DNA of 64,000 nt, from the NCBI GenBank assembly GCA_038141355.1, contig JAYQHX010000002.1:933900-997899 (forward strand), in the 5' to 3' direction. The notes under the pieces were generated by a model that ran no database searches, was not told the origin of the DNA, and saw only the letters and a program-made list of their open reading frames with translations. Shown here piece by piece: positions 41,006-50,901 of this stretch (its first letter is position 1; every line of letters begins with the position of its first letter). Both the position numbers and the translations under genes were made by a program. Source of the stretch: Methanobacteriota archaeon. Lineage in GTDB: Archaea > Thermoplasmatota > Poseidoniia > Poseidoniales > Poseidoniaceae.

Positions 41006-43089
41006 TTCATACAGAACCTTGTTTTGGTTTATTTCAATGCGACCACTACTAGGTTGGCCAATTGCACTAATTTTTGCTTTCTTAGCAATTGGTGCCCACC
41101 TAAATGGCGATTTAGTTAACGACTGGGTACAAAAACACTCCATCACAGTTAACGAAGAAGAAATAGGACCAATAGTAGGTGCTCAAGAAAATGAAAATTG
41201 GTTCGTAGTTTTGATAGATTTTCCAGATCAAGCAGAATCAAATAATTGTAACTCAACAAAGGGCTTCAACATTAATTGATTCATCCGCTGAAGATTATTT
41301 CAAGCAAGGTGTTTTTCCAAACGGTAGTATAGAAATCACATATCATGAGAGAATAGTGACAACGAAATATGGTATGGCTGATTATGGTCATGATGAAAAT
41401 GGAGAAAACGACGTAGGTAGAAATGGGGTCAATCCACACACTCTAGCAGAGGAAGTTGTCGAAGAAATTTCTTCCGAAGTTGATTGGGAAAAATTCGACT
41501 TAAATGATGATGGATGGGTCGATAGATTCTTGATTCTGCACTGTATTAAACCGCAGGAGGACGGTAGCGGTTCACCCTCACGAATTTGGTCACACTTTTC
41601 AACAATCGAAAATATTGTAGAATTAGACGACAATATGAGAATAGCATATTACACAATTGCAAGCCAGTACAATTCGAATAATTTTGGAACTATAATACAT
41701 GAAATGTACCATCAATTCGGAGCTGCCGACCTCTATCCCGTTCACTCTTCTACAGTCACTCAGACATGGAAAGGTGTAGGTAAATGGGATATTATGGCAA
41801 GTGGAAATTGGAACGGAGATGGTGCGTGGCCTGCCTTACCAACTTCTGCAACTACCGAGTTAATTGGTGGAGAGCGGCATCATGACGTGGTCCTAGATTG
41901 GGCAGGAACCAGTTCATGTTCCGGGCCAAACGTCATCTTAACAGGACTAGCAGAGGGCGGAAATTCCCTGAAAATTCCTATCGCTGATGAAGAATTTATT
42001 TGGATTGAATACAGGAGCGATTATGGTTTTGATTCCCGATTACCAGGTAATGGGATTCTAGTTTTGCAACAGGACCTTAAAGCAGGTTCTGTAGAAGACA
42101 ATTTGGTTAATTCACATCCTGATAGACCATGGCTAAAAGTGATAGAAGCAGATGGAGATAATGGTTTGCTGAGCGGTGCCGATGAAGGTGAAGAATCAGA
42201 TCTATTTTGGGATGGAGACAAATTTGGTAGTGAAGGTATTGAAATTCGAAACAGAGACGGGGTTCTAGTGGATTGGGTAGCAAACATCTCGGTTAACTCC
42301 AGTGAAGTTATGGTGAAATTTTCTTCAGATGAATGTGGCCACCAATCCACATTTGATTTTCCAGATTATACATCGGTCCTAACCCCTGATGCTGGCATTG
42401 ATTTTACCGGGAAATGTTCTGGAGAAGAGTTCCAGTTAACTAGCTCTGATGGAAGAGGGATAATTGTTAATGAAAATAAAATCAAATTTGATACAAGTGG
42501 TATTGTAGGAGTCGTTGGAATTATTTCTGGCACAATAGAATGTGATACAGGCACAGCAATTGATTTGCGGCACGAATTCGAAATTTTGGGCAACATTCCG
42601 ATTGAATCATCGTATGAATCTAAAATTCCCTATGATAGAAATTCTGTAATTCAGGTCCCTATCGATACAATAGGTGGAGGGCAACAATCTTGGATAGTTG
42701 GAATTGAAGGAGCATTAGCAAGGATCGCATCAACTAGTCAATCGCAAACACTTGGACCGAAATCCTACATTGAAATTACAATAAATCACAATGAATTATT
42801 ATCTGAAGGAATGTTGGTTAGAGGTGAATTAATTCTCGCTACTGATTCTGGTCAACGCTACACTATTTCAATTGAGTTAACCGCTAGCAATCAAAAAACT
42901 TCAACAATCGACAATTTGACTGAGCCATCAACATTAGTGCCAATCGCCTTACTTCTCGTATCTTTATGGGTAGTATTGGGAATTGATTCACCTTCCAGGG
43001 AGGTGTCTTCGGAATTGGATGAAATTCCACTCGGTGGTTTTGAAAGCGATGACCCAGTTTTTATTGACCCCTTCGGCGAGTCTTACTGA
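40965..43089 (+). CDS. M6 family metalloprotease domain protein (immune inhibitor A-like), interrupted by a frameshift near 41260
   Basis: The N-terminal TM and LIDFPDQ motif are in ORF 40965..41279. The frame continues as SAEDYFKQG... and HEMYHQFG (HExxH) in ORF 41356..43089. Junction at an AAAGGG run. Confidence 0.7.
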
Positions 43090-43932
43090 GAGGCATACGC
43101 CTTCCCAATTTGTTGAAACATCCCCAACCATTTGCATCAGCCATGGAGCGTGGTCTTCTTCTATTGGTGTTGAATAAACCCGCCACCGACAACCATACTT
43201 AAATCCGGGTCGGACTAACAAGCCTCTTGAATTTAGTTCAGAAAACAATTCACTTACTTCATCATCTTCGTTGTTTAACCAATTTTTTTCATCGCTTCTG
43301 TAAAATGTTCTCGAAAGATGTTCTATTCCGAGATTAGGATAGTTGTTTCTAGTAGCAGGAGTCAATCTTCCCTGAGGACTGACCAAAGAAACTCTATACA
43401 TGGTGACGTCCATTTCTTCATCAACGATAGCTATTTCAGCATTTCTTCCTGAATTGATGTCGTTGACCCAACTAATTATTGATTCAAGGTCGAATTGATC
43501 TTTTGACTTAAACCATTTTACTTCAGAAATAGGGTCCTCATTTATCGGATGGGTTTCTCTATTCCATAAAAGCCACTGATCGCCATCTCTTACTAATTTG
43601 TCACCTGAACTTCTTATTGTGTCATATGCAACAATTTGGTATACAAAATTTGGATTGGTTTCTAATTTTTCATCTATCCAATCTCGCGGTAATGGAATAT
43701 GCCTATGCCAATGACAGAACATCAATTCTTCATCACTGACAACAATTCCACCTGTTACTGGTTGTCCAATTGCTGATTTCTGATAGAGTCTACTAGCAAC
43801 TGGTTCTGATATAAACCAGCCATTATCCATTGGAGTAGGAATAGGATTTTTCTTTGAAGGTGAATTATCAGGAGAAAGTCCTAGAGGTCGCTTATTTCTA
43901 ACACGTGGTTTACTCTTTCTCCCTCCTGACAT
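42988..43932 (-). CDS. endA: tRNA-splicing endonuclease (tRNA-intron lyase), long two-domain form
   Basis: C-terminal catalytic region LLVRPGFKYGCRWRVY...H and N-terminal LYQKSAIGQ. Start uncertain among several in-frame Met. Confidence 0.7.
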   Translation of the reverse strand: MSGGRKSKPRVRNKRPLGLSPDNSPSKKNPIPTPMDNGWFISEPVASRLYQKSAIGQPVTGGIVVSDEELMFCHWHRHIPLPRDWIDEKLETNPNFVYQIVAYDTIRSSGDKLVRDGDQWLLWNRETHPINEDPISEVKWFKSKDQFDLESIISWVNDINSGRNAEIAIVDEEMDVTMYRVSLVSPQGRLTPATRNNYPNLGIEHLSRTFYRSDEKNWLNNEDDEVSELFSELNSRGLLVRPGFKYGCRWRVYSTPIEEDHAPWLMQMVGDVSTNWEGVCLSVRLAEGVNKNWVIAFKTTEWNFIQFRRHLPGR

Positions 43933-43988
43933 GGTTTGCCGTAGGCGACCACTCTTATGTGCCTCCCCTTCTACGACGTAGCGGCGAG

Positions 43989-44954
43989 ACCATGGTCGAT
44001 GGGTATCTTGGTACAATGACAACGGAGGAACGTACTTTGTTGCATTTATTCGACAACCCATTGCCAGAAGGCCATTGGGAAGCTCCATTAACTGTCACAC
44101 AGGCAGGAATCTCTGCAGCAGTTCATGTTCAAAGAAAGCATGTTCCTAGAACCCTAAAACGATTAGAAAAGAATGATGAATTGGTGGCTAATCAAAGACA
44201 TGTCCCTGGTGCAAAGCAAAGAAGGATGGTGTATGGTTTAACTCCTAAAGGACGAGAGCGAGCAAGACTAATCCGAGAAAGAGTCTTGGCATTAATCGTT
44301 TACAAGGGTGAACAAAAAGTAGCACTAAGCACTTTAAGAAAGGGTGGACAATTCACTCTTGATTTGTTAGCACACTTAGACGAGGGTTTAGTTTTCCATG
44401 AACAACCTGTGATATCGCCAATATCTAATCCTGAGGGTACTGCATCTCTAGATGCACAGGCAGGCGAGGATTTGATTCGTAGGTTGTTTGCTAGGGCGTG
44501 GGAAGATGGTAAAATTACCAAAGACGAGCAGTATTTACTCAACGAGGTGGTTGATTTTATCGGCATTCATCCCAAAAGAGTAATGAGAATATCTGAAGAA
44601 GCAAGAAAAACACAAAATGCACCTCCTCCTGAAGATGTTTATCTAGAAATGCTTCGTCAAGCCTTGTATGATGGTGAGATTTTAGATGATGAAATTGCGT
44701 TATTACAAACAATGAGAAATTCATTTGGTATAGATGATGAAACACATCATGAATTACTCAACCTTGCAAAACAAGCTCCAATTCTTGATGAAGCGACTTC
44801 AACCTATCGCTCAACCCTAATTACTGCTTTAGAGGATGGAATGATAACAAATGATGAAGCAGCAATGTTAGCAACTTTAAGGAAAAGCCTTGCGATAAGT
44901 GATGCAACACATGCGACTCTTTTGGCTGAATTACTCGATAGCAATGAAACATAG
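43989..44954 (+). CDS. winged-helix (MarR/PadR-like) DNA-binding protein with three C-terminal TerB/DjlA-N-like repeats
   Basis: N-terminal wHTH (RKHVPRTLKRLEKNDELV...YGLTPKGRE) and three ~45-aa repeats with the A..DG.I..DE..LL......GI pattern. Confidence 0.55.
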   Translation, partial: TMVDGYLGTMTTEERTLLHLFDNPLPEGHWEAPLTVTQAGISAAVHVQRKHVPRTLKRLEKNDELVANQRHVPGAKQRRMVYGLTPKGRERARLIRERVLALIVYKGEQKVALSTLRKGGQFTLDLLAHLDEGLVFHEQPVISPISNPEGTASLDAQAGEDLIRRLFARAWEDGKITKDEQYLLNEVVDFIGIHPKRVMRISEEARKTQNAPPPEDVYLEMLRQALYDGEILDDEIALLQTMRNSFGIDDETHHELLNLAKQAPILDEATSTYRSTLITALEDGMITNDEAAMLATLRKSLAISDATHATLLAELLDSNET

Positions 44955-44962
44955 GTGATAAA

Positions 44963-46015
44963 ATGGGAATGAATGACGAGCAACATGAAACACACGACAG
45001 GCTAACTAACTTGCAGGAAAGTGTGAAGAATTTAACTGGTAATGTCGTGCTAGTTGGAGATATTATGTTGGATAGGTATATCCACGGTTATGCGAACGAT
45101 CTCAACTCTCGAGCACCAGTTCCTGTTCTAAAAGAAACAAAGCGATATGACGACGTTGGAGCAGCAGCACACGTCGCAAGAGGTTTGGGAAATATCGGTT
45201 TAGATGCGACTTTATTTGGAGTTATAGGTGGCGATTCATCAGGGCAAACAATTCTAGAAGCGCTCAGTGATGAGCAGGTAAATTGCAATGGAATCACAAC
45301 AATTCCTGACAGGATTACAACTGTTAAAACACGCTTAATTGCTGGTAGGGAATACTTGATTTCTAATCAACAACTGCTGTTGAGATGGGACATTGAAGAT
45401 GATTCACAAATAAATGTCGAAATACTAAACTCATTGGCAGATAAAGCCGTATCGGAAATAGCAAATTGTGATGTACTAATAATATCTGATTATGGACAAG
45501 GAGTAGTAACTGATGAAAATGCTCCTCGCTTAATTAATGCTGCAAAGTTAGCCAATGTTCCTGTAATATGTGACCCCAAGTTGACTGGACTGCATAGAAT
45601 AGCAGGTGCGGATTGGGTAATTTTCCAAACAAGAGGTTTAGACTTGATGGCCAAAAGAATGGCATGTAATGATTCTTCTGAGGCAGCAAAATTACTGTTG
45701 AATGAAAATGACTGGAGTCATTTAATGGTTGTCCAGGGAGAACACGGTGTAACGGTCTATACAAAGTCTGGTGAGGTTGTCTCGGTCCCCTGTACACTTT
45801 CCGACCCAAGAGGGGTGATTGGTATAATTGATGCTGCGGCTGTTGCTGTAGCCGCGGGTGTAAAACTTGGCATTGGCGTAAAAGACATTGCACATCTTGC
45901 AAATGCAGCATGTGAGTGTATTATGAGCGGAACTCAAAACTTCACATTGACTGATAGGGACCTCGCAAACCGCTTGGGAGAAATCGCTTGGAGTCTACAA
46001 ATTTCACAGAGGTGA
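44963..46015 (+). CDS. PfkB-family carbohydrate kinase, RfaE/HldE domain I-like (sugar-phosphate kinase)
   Basis: VVLVGDIMLDRY...APVPVL...GAAAHVARGL N-terminus and a C-terminal PfkB signature region. Confidence 0.7.
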   Translation: MGMNDEQHETHDRLTNLQESVKNLTGNVVLVGDIMLDRYIHGYANDLNSRAPVPVLKETKRYDDVGAAAHVARGLGNIGLDATLFGVIGGDSSGQTILEALSDEQVNCNGITTIPDRITTVKTRLIAGREYLISNQQLLLRWDIEDDSQINVEILNSLADKAVSEIANCDVLIISDYGQGVVTDENAPRLINAAKLANVPVICDPKLTGLHRIAGADWVIFQTRGLDLMAKRMACNDSSEAAKLLLNENDWSHLMVVQGEHGVTVYTKSGEVVSVPCTLSDPRGVIGIIDAAAVAVAAGVKLGIGVKDIAHLANAACECIMSGTQNFTLTDRDLANRLGEIAWSLQISQR

Positions 46016-46019
46016 AGTT

Positions 46020-46487
46020 TTGAGTTATTGGCAAAGACCAACAACTGCCGACATCGGAATCCGAGCATTTGGTATGAATGCTAATGATTTGCTGAAAGAA
46101 TTGACCCTTGGGATGCAATCAATTATTGTGTCAAGTGAACAAGACCTTAACTCCAAAACAAGAACTGCTAGATACTGGGAAGTAAAACACGAAGGAGATT
46201 TAGAAATATTAGTATTGAAATGGTTGGATGAGGTTTTATTTCAACTTGAGGTGAACGATTTGTTTCTTGTTGATTGTCAACCAATGATCAAAGAAAATAT
46301 GATTCAAGCCCAAGTCTCAACAATACCCAAATTCGAAGTTGATTTCGAGCTGGAAATTAAGGCAGTAATATCTCATGAATTTTGTTTTAGAAAAATTGCC
46401 GAAAAAGAAATTATCTCTTCAGAATGGATAGAAGTTCCTACTTTTGAAGGCCCTGGTTGGTATTGTGATGTAGTCTTTGACATCTAA
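46020..46487 (+). CDS. archease (tRNA ligase activator)
   Basis: TADIGIRAFG N-terminal motif and archease length. TTG start. Confidence 0.75.
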   Translation: MSYWQRPTTADIGIRAFGMNANDLLKELTLGMQSIIVSSEQDLNSKTRTARYWEVKHEGDLEILVLKWLDEVLFQLEVNDLFLVDCQPMIKENMIQAQVSTIPKFEVDFELEIKAVISHEFCFRKIAEKEIISSEWIEVPTFEGPGWYCDVVFDI

Positions 46488-46514
46488 TCAATTTGATAAT
46501 CCAGAATATACAAT

Positions 46515-47116
46515 CTATATAATTGTATCATCCACTGTGTCCAAATAATGAACTCCTGTATTCTTGTGCCCGGAGTAAAATTTAATCCATAATATATCAT
46601 TTGTTTTGATGCTGATATCAAGTTTTAAATCGCATTCAGTGAACTGTTCTATGAAGATAAACTTTACATTTTTGTTTATGCTCTTAATTAATGTTATGAC
46701 CTCAGAAAAACTTTCCAAACTTTGAGGGAATGAAGGCATCATTGAATCGACGAAACCATTGTACCATTCCTTTCTCTTTTCGTACTCGTTAACCACAGTC
46801 ATGACAAAAACAGTAGGTTCGCCTCTATCAATTATGTCTAGAAACCTTTCAATGACCCGCTTATAGTAAGAATAATCTTCTTCGCTTTTAACCGGATTCC
46901 TATGATTAAAAAACTACTGTGGTATAATTTATTACCTGCTTTTTCCCCTAGCGAAATAATGTTTCTCTTGTCAATAAATGATTCAAACCTATCATTTATG
47001 GCATCTACTACTATTTTTTGTGATGAAAAAATCCAATCGAAAGGATAGGACGCTTCCTTGTTACCTGTCTCCTTCAAATACCATGATGAGTTACAATTCT
47101 GTCCTAGTGAAACCAA
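46515..47116 (-). CDS. DUF1796-like putative papain-fold protein, interrupted by a frameshift at an A6/T6 run (~46910)
   Basis: Fragment 46838..47116 has SLGQNC...SYPFDW. The downstream frame continues as NHRNPVKSEEDY...GEPTVFVMTVVNEY..., joining ORF 46515..46802. Confidence 0.5.
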
Positions 47117-47194
47117 AGTGTATTTTTGTTGTCCTTTCCATTCAGAAATTTCGTTTTTAATAGAAATAGCCTTGAAGACAATCTCCTGTTCATT

Positions 47195-47722
47195 TTAACT
47201 GAAACTAGGAATTGAGAGGTCGTCTTTTGCCTCTCTAGTGGCCAAAATTCCGAGTAGTAGCCCGATCGGCCCTAGCATCATACAAAATAGCAAAACAGGC
47301 ATTGAAATTTGGATTGGTCGATTGGTAGCTAACATTCTCATCCAAATGTACCTACCAGAAAAAGTGTCCATAACTAGAAAATGTAGCCATGCCAAGATAA
47401 TCATTTCATCATCAGAAAATAAATCTATCACAATTTGAGGAGTTGGCATTTCTGTTCCTAAACTAGATAAAACATTCAATAGATTTGGAATTAGCAAGAT
47501 AGCATAAGAAAGTGCTAATGGAAACACGCAAAAACGCAAATCACCAACTATTTTCTTTGTCAATTTATGATTTGGCATAAACCACATTAAACCCCATAAT
47601 GGAATTATAGTAATACTTGAAAACCAAAAAGTGACTAAGACAATTGTATCCATAGCCCTTCTTAATGTGGTAGGGTTTCTAAAGTTTGTTTGAAATTGTA
47701 ACAAAAATTTGGCCAAAAACAA
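47195..47722 (-). CDS. multi-pass membrane protein (hypothetical)
   Basis: 175 aa, about five hydrophobic helices. Confidence 0.5.
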   Translation of the reverse strand: MFLAKFLLQFQTNFRNPTTLRRAMDTIVLVTFWFSSITIIPLWGLMWFMPNHKLTKKIVGDLRFCVFPLALSYAILLIPNLLNVLSSLGTEMPTPQIVIDLFSDDEMIILAWLHFLVMDTFSGRYIWMRMLATNRPIQISMPVLLFCMMLGPIGLLLGILATREAKDDLSIPSFS

Positions 47723-47751
47723 CTATTAATTGTCATATCAAGTAGAAACGC

Positions 47752-48570
47752 ATGGCAACCGCACCATGGATATTGAAGACGTTTCAAATTGACCAAACGG
47801 GCCAAACAGGAGCACATTTGTACATTGAAGCCAGACAACCAGGATTGATCGCATTCATACTGAATATTATCGGATTAGATCCAACAGCACAACTCAAAGT
47901 CACCAGAGGAGCGGTTAGTTTCCGTTCTACCAGTCTATCTGGTATGACAGAAACATCTACTGCTTTGACACAAATAGGTTCTTTTCAAGGCGGATATTCA
48001 AAACCAATTGAATTATTGTTTGGAGCATTATTTTTCATGATTGTAGGATTAATTGTTGGTATATCATTTGAGGAGATGACATTTTTCACAATAGGCCTTG
48101 TAATCGCAGGGATTTGTGTAATAGCATACGCCTTACAAAAGAATCTCTCATTCGGATTTGAAACATCTGGTGGTGCCTATTACGGTATGGCATTCAAACG
48201 AGGTGTGCTAAATAATGTAAGTGTGGATATCAAGCAAGTTGAAATCGCTCTTCAACTTGTGAACACATTAATTGGGGCTGCATCATTAGGAGGGTCATAT
48301 CAATTAACAGATAATGTACAAAGAGTTGCATCACAAACCACTATTCAGGTTCAAGCACCTCAATCCTCTGCAACTCCTACGACTCAAGCGACTCAGGTTG
48401 CCGCTCAGGTAGCCGCTCAGCCTGCCACTCAAACTGCTACTCAGCCTGCCACATACGTGACCGATGTTCAAAATCAACAGCCTTTAGTCGAAAGTTCCCC
48501 ACCTCAACAGGAGATTTACATGAATCAACCAGAACAAGTTGCTGCACCACAAGAATATCAGCAACTGTGA
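47752..48570 (+). CDS. membrane protein with Q/T/A-rich low-complexity C-terminal region
   Basis: Two TM helices mid-protein and a C-terminal repeat-like stretch (TQATQVAAQVAAQPATQTATQPAT). Confidence 0.5.
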   Translation: MATAPWILKTFQIDQTGQTGAHLYIEARQPGLIAFILNIIGLDPTAQLKVTRGAVSFRSTSLSGMTETSTALTQIGSFQGGYSKPIELLFGALFFMIVGLIVGISFEEMTFFTIGLVIAGICVIAYALQKNLSFGFETSGGAYYGMAFKRGVLNNVSVDIKQVEIALQLVNTLIGAASLGGSYQLTDNVQRVASQTTIQVQAPQSSATPTTQATQVAAQVAAQPATQTATQPATYVTDVQNQQPLVESSPPQQEIYMNQPEQVAAPQEYQQL

Positions 48571-48573
48571 ATA

Positions 48574-48909
48574 AAAGTGGGAAGGCCAAAAGTGGACCCT
48601 CGTATCCATGAACCAAATCCACAGACTTTCTCCATCCCGTTACCCCACGGCACCCATGGCCCCAGGTAGGGCTGCTCCGTTCCCGGCCTGACCTGTTCCC
48701 CCGGTTATCCAATTCCCGACTCCTTCCGGCTTCGGTTCTTGACACCCGAGTCACGTGGGGGCGAGACATCAACGTCCGCCTGTGGGAATCCATGAACCGG
48801 CTGAGCCGCCTCTTGGCGTTCGGACCGCCATATGCGATTTGCGGATGAGGGCACGCAAACTCCCCTCCTATCCCATCAGGCCGTATAGCCTTACCATTTT
48901 GAACCCACC
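48574..48909 (-). ncRNA. signal recognition particle RNA (7S/SRP RNA)
   Basis: GC-rich (~58%) island in an AT-rich genome. The minus strand contains the conserved helix-8 core CAGGUCAGGCCGGGAACGGAGCAGCCCUACCUGG (compare E. coli 4.5S CAGGUCAGGUCCGGAAGGAAGCAGCC). The 5' GUGGG can pair with the 3' CCCAC, which is followed by an oligo-U terminator. An A/T-rich TATA-like element sits ~28 nt upstream. Confidence 0.8.
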
Positions 48910-48918
48910 GTAAGGGTT

Positions 48919-49302
48919 TCATTCGGCTTCTTCGTATTTTGATGGACAACTTGTCTTGATGACCTCAGCTTCAAATGTCCAAATACCATTGTAATTAATC
49001 AAAACTCCTTCGGCATATACTGTTCGATTATCTGCCAACCCATTTGAGACGGATGCTTTACTAAAGTCGACTATTAATTGAGAATCTTCACCATGAATAA
49101 TGAATGTATTATTTTGTTCATCGATACTAAAATCTAAGACTTCTCCTCGAATTGCTATCTCTTTACCCTCGAGATCATTTGGTGAATCCATGACCTCGTC
49201 TACTGACCGTGTTGCTTCAGGTGTTTGTAGAAGCAAAGTCGATCCAAGGGCTACAGTTAATGCTGCTCCAATCAATAATAACCTAGTTCGATGTGTCAAC
49301 AT
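48919..49302 (-). CDS. ccmE: CcmE-like heme chaperone, archaeal CxxxY type
   Basis: N-terminal TM anchor, OB-fold-like core (IAIRGEVLDF, VYAEGVL) and C-terminal CPSKY heme-binding motif. Confidence 0.55.
   Translation of the reverse strand: MLTHRTRLLLIGAALTVALGSTLLLQTPEATRSVDEVMDSPNDLEGKEIAIRGEVLDFSIDEQNNTFIIHGEDSQLIVDFSKASVSNGLADNRTVYAEGVLINYNGIWTFEAEVIKTSCPSKYEEAE
48930..48941 (-). promoter_or_regulatory. TATA-like element (CAAAATAC) ~28 nt upstream of the predicted SRP RNA 5' end
   Basis: Position consistent with an archaeal TATA box. Sequence match is weak. Confidence 0.25.
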
Positions 49303-49303
49303 T

Positions 49304-50371
49304 TCAAATCCTCCTGGCACTACCTACTACGTCTGAGAGTTTTTCATAGCCTTCTAATTTCATTTTTTTATCAATTCCGTTGACAATATCCTTGATTACA
49401 GCAGGGCCTTGAAATACCAAGGAAGAATATAGTTGGATTAAACTAGCACCATTAGAAATTTTTTCCCACGCGTCATTTGAATTAGAAATACCCCCAACGC
49501 CGATAATCGGCCAATCACCATCCGTATGGTCTGCAATCAAGCGAATTACTTCTGTCGATCTATCCCTCAAAGGTGAGCCTGACAAACCTCCTGTTTCATC
49601 CATAATTCCACCTGCGCTCGGTCTAGATGTCGTTGTGTTGGTTGCGATAATACCACTGCAGCTAAGTTCCCTTGCAGTATTTACTATTGATTTGATTTGG
49701 TTATCTTCTAAGTCTGGAGAAATTTTCACCAGAACTGGTTTGTTTGAAGAATATTTTTTCACTTCGTTAATTATTCTAGCGAGATCTTCGTCTTTTTGTA
49801 AATCTCTCAAATTTGGAGTATTTGGTGATGAGACATTTATGACAAAGCCATCAACAAAATCTCCGCATTTCTTCACAGTATCTGCATAATCCAAATGCGC
49901 ATCTTCTAATGATGTCGTCTTAGATTTTCCAACATTGAGGAAAACTGGAATTTTTGGTATGTAGGTCGATTGTAGATGTGTACTCATTTCATCATTTCCG
50001 GGGTTATTGAATCCCATACGATTAATCAAAGCACCTTGCTTCATATCACGAAACATCCTTGGTTTAGGATTTCCCGATTGCTTTTGTTGAGTAATTCCAC
50101 CAACTTCAATAAATCCAAAACCTAGGTTTTCCCAGCCACGCATTGCTTCCGCTTTCTTATCCATGCCTGCAGCCAAACCAAGCGGATTTGAAAATTCTAA
50201 ATCAAAAACCTCAGTCTTCACAATTTTAGGTTTATACAAAATTCTCAATAGAAGTCTGGTGAGTATAAACCAACTAGTAATTTTTAATCCTGTGATTGCC
50301 CTTCCATGGGCTTTTTCACTATTTTGCAATGAAAGAATCGGACGGGCCAATAATTTGTATCCGATTCCCAT
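49304..50371 (-). CDS. pyrD: dihydroorotate dehydrogenase, class 2 (quinone-dependent)
   Basis: NPLGLAAGMDK, IEVGGIT, NRMGFNNPG and an N-terminal amphipathic membrane-association segment. Start at the internal Met (MGIGYKLL) by alignment to class 2 enzymes. Confidence 0.85.
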   Translation of the reverse strand: MGIGYKLLARPILSLQNSEKAHGRAITGLKITSWFILTRLLLRILYKPKIVKTEVFDLEFSNPLGLAAGMDKKAEAMRGWENLGFGFIEVGGITQQKQSGNPKPRMFRDMKQGALINRMGFNNPGNDEMSTHLQSTYIPKIPVFLNVGKSKTTSLEDAHLDYADTVKKCGDFVDGFVINVSSPNTPNLRDLQKDEDLARIINEVKKYSSNKPVLVKISPDLEDNQIKSIVNTARELSCSGIIATNTTTSRPSAGGIMDETGGLSGSPLRDRSTEVIRLIADHTDGDWPIIGVGGISNSNDAWEKISNGASLIQLYSSLVFQGPAVIKDIVNGIDKKMKLEGYEKLSDVVGSARRI

Positions 50372-50414
50372 GAAATAGATGCCATAAGCCGTATTCTTCA
50401 AATCTTGCCCTAAT

Positions 50415-50813
50415 TTGGATAGTAATGTGCAAATAACTGACCCCAGGTGGCCATCGCTAAGAGAGGCTGCAAGACGATTCTTGCGCACAGAGGGATGTAA
50501 TTTACAAGTTTCTATTGAGAATATCAAAGAAGCCAATGAGATAGTCCAAGCAATAGCAGACCACATTCCTGCTAGGCTAAATTTACCGGTAATATCTGTT
50601 GGCTTGTTATCTTCTGAAGGACTTTTTCAAATAGGCGCACATGAGCCTGAAATTGACATTTGTTGGGTTCCAGACGCAACTTGGACAGATTTCAAATCAC
50701 AAGTTATTGAATTATTAGAGGCGGGTTATCCCGGTTGTATTGGATGCGGAGGTCCAGGCTCAGAAGGTGTATGGAATGAATCAGCCCGCAGGCAAGAAAT
50801 GTTAGGGTATTAG
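50415..50813 (+). CDS. hypothetical protein (Cys-containing, CIGCGGPG motif)
   Basis: 132-aa ORF in the gap between the pyrD start and topA. It overlaps only the unlikely N-terminal extension of the pyrD ORF. Confidence 0.35.
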   Translation: MDSNVQITDPRWPSLREAARRFLRTEGCNLQVSIENIKEANEIVQAIADHIPARLNLPVISVGLLSSEGLFQIGAHEPEIDICWVPDATWTDFKSQVIELLEAGYPGCIGCGGPGSEGVWNESARRQEMLGY

Positions 50814-50901
50814 TTTGTCGATTTTTTTACAGTTACTTTAGTAACTGTGTCAAAATCTCAGAAAACGAGACTTCAAGTATCGCCGATTTTCCCCTTGATT
50901 C

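Noticed and set aside
45534-45911. 125-aa minus-strand ORF
   Set aside because: Antisense within the PfkB kinase gene.
48574-48909. GC-rich island considered as RNase P RNA
   Set aside because: No P4 motifs (GGAAAGUCC / ACAGAACC) on either strand, whereas the SRP helix-8 consensus is present almost exactly.
48437-48949. 170-aa minus-strand ORF (Arg/Pro/Gly-rich)
   Set aside because: It is the translation of the GC-rich SRP RNA gene. The composition is typical of translated structural RNA.
50372-50566. N-terminal 65-codon extension of the pyrD ORF
   Set aside because: Class 2 DHODH alignment places the start at the internal Met. The extension is antisense to another ORF.
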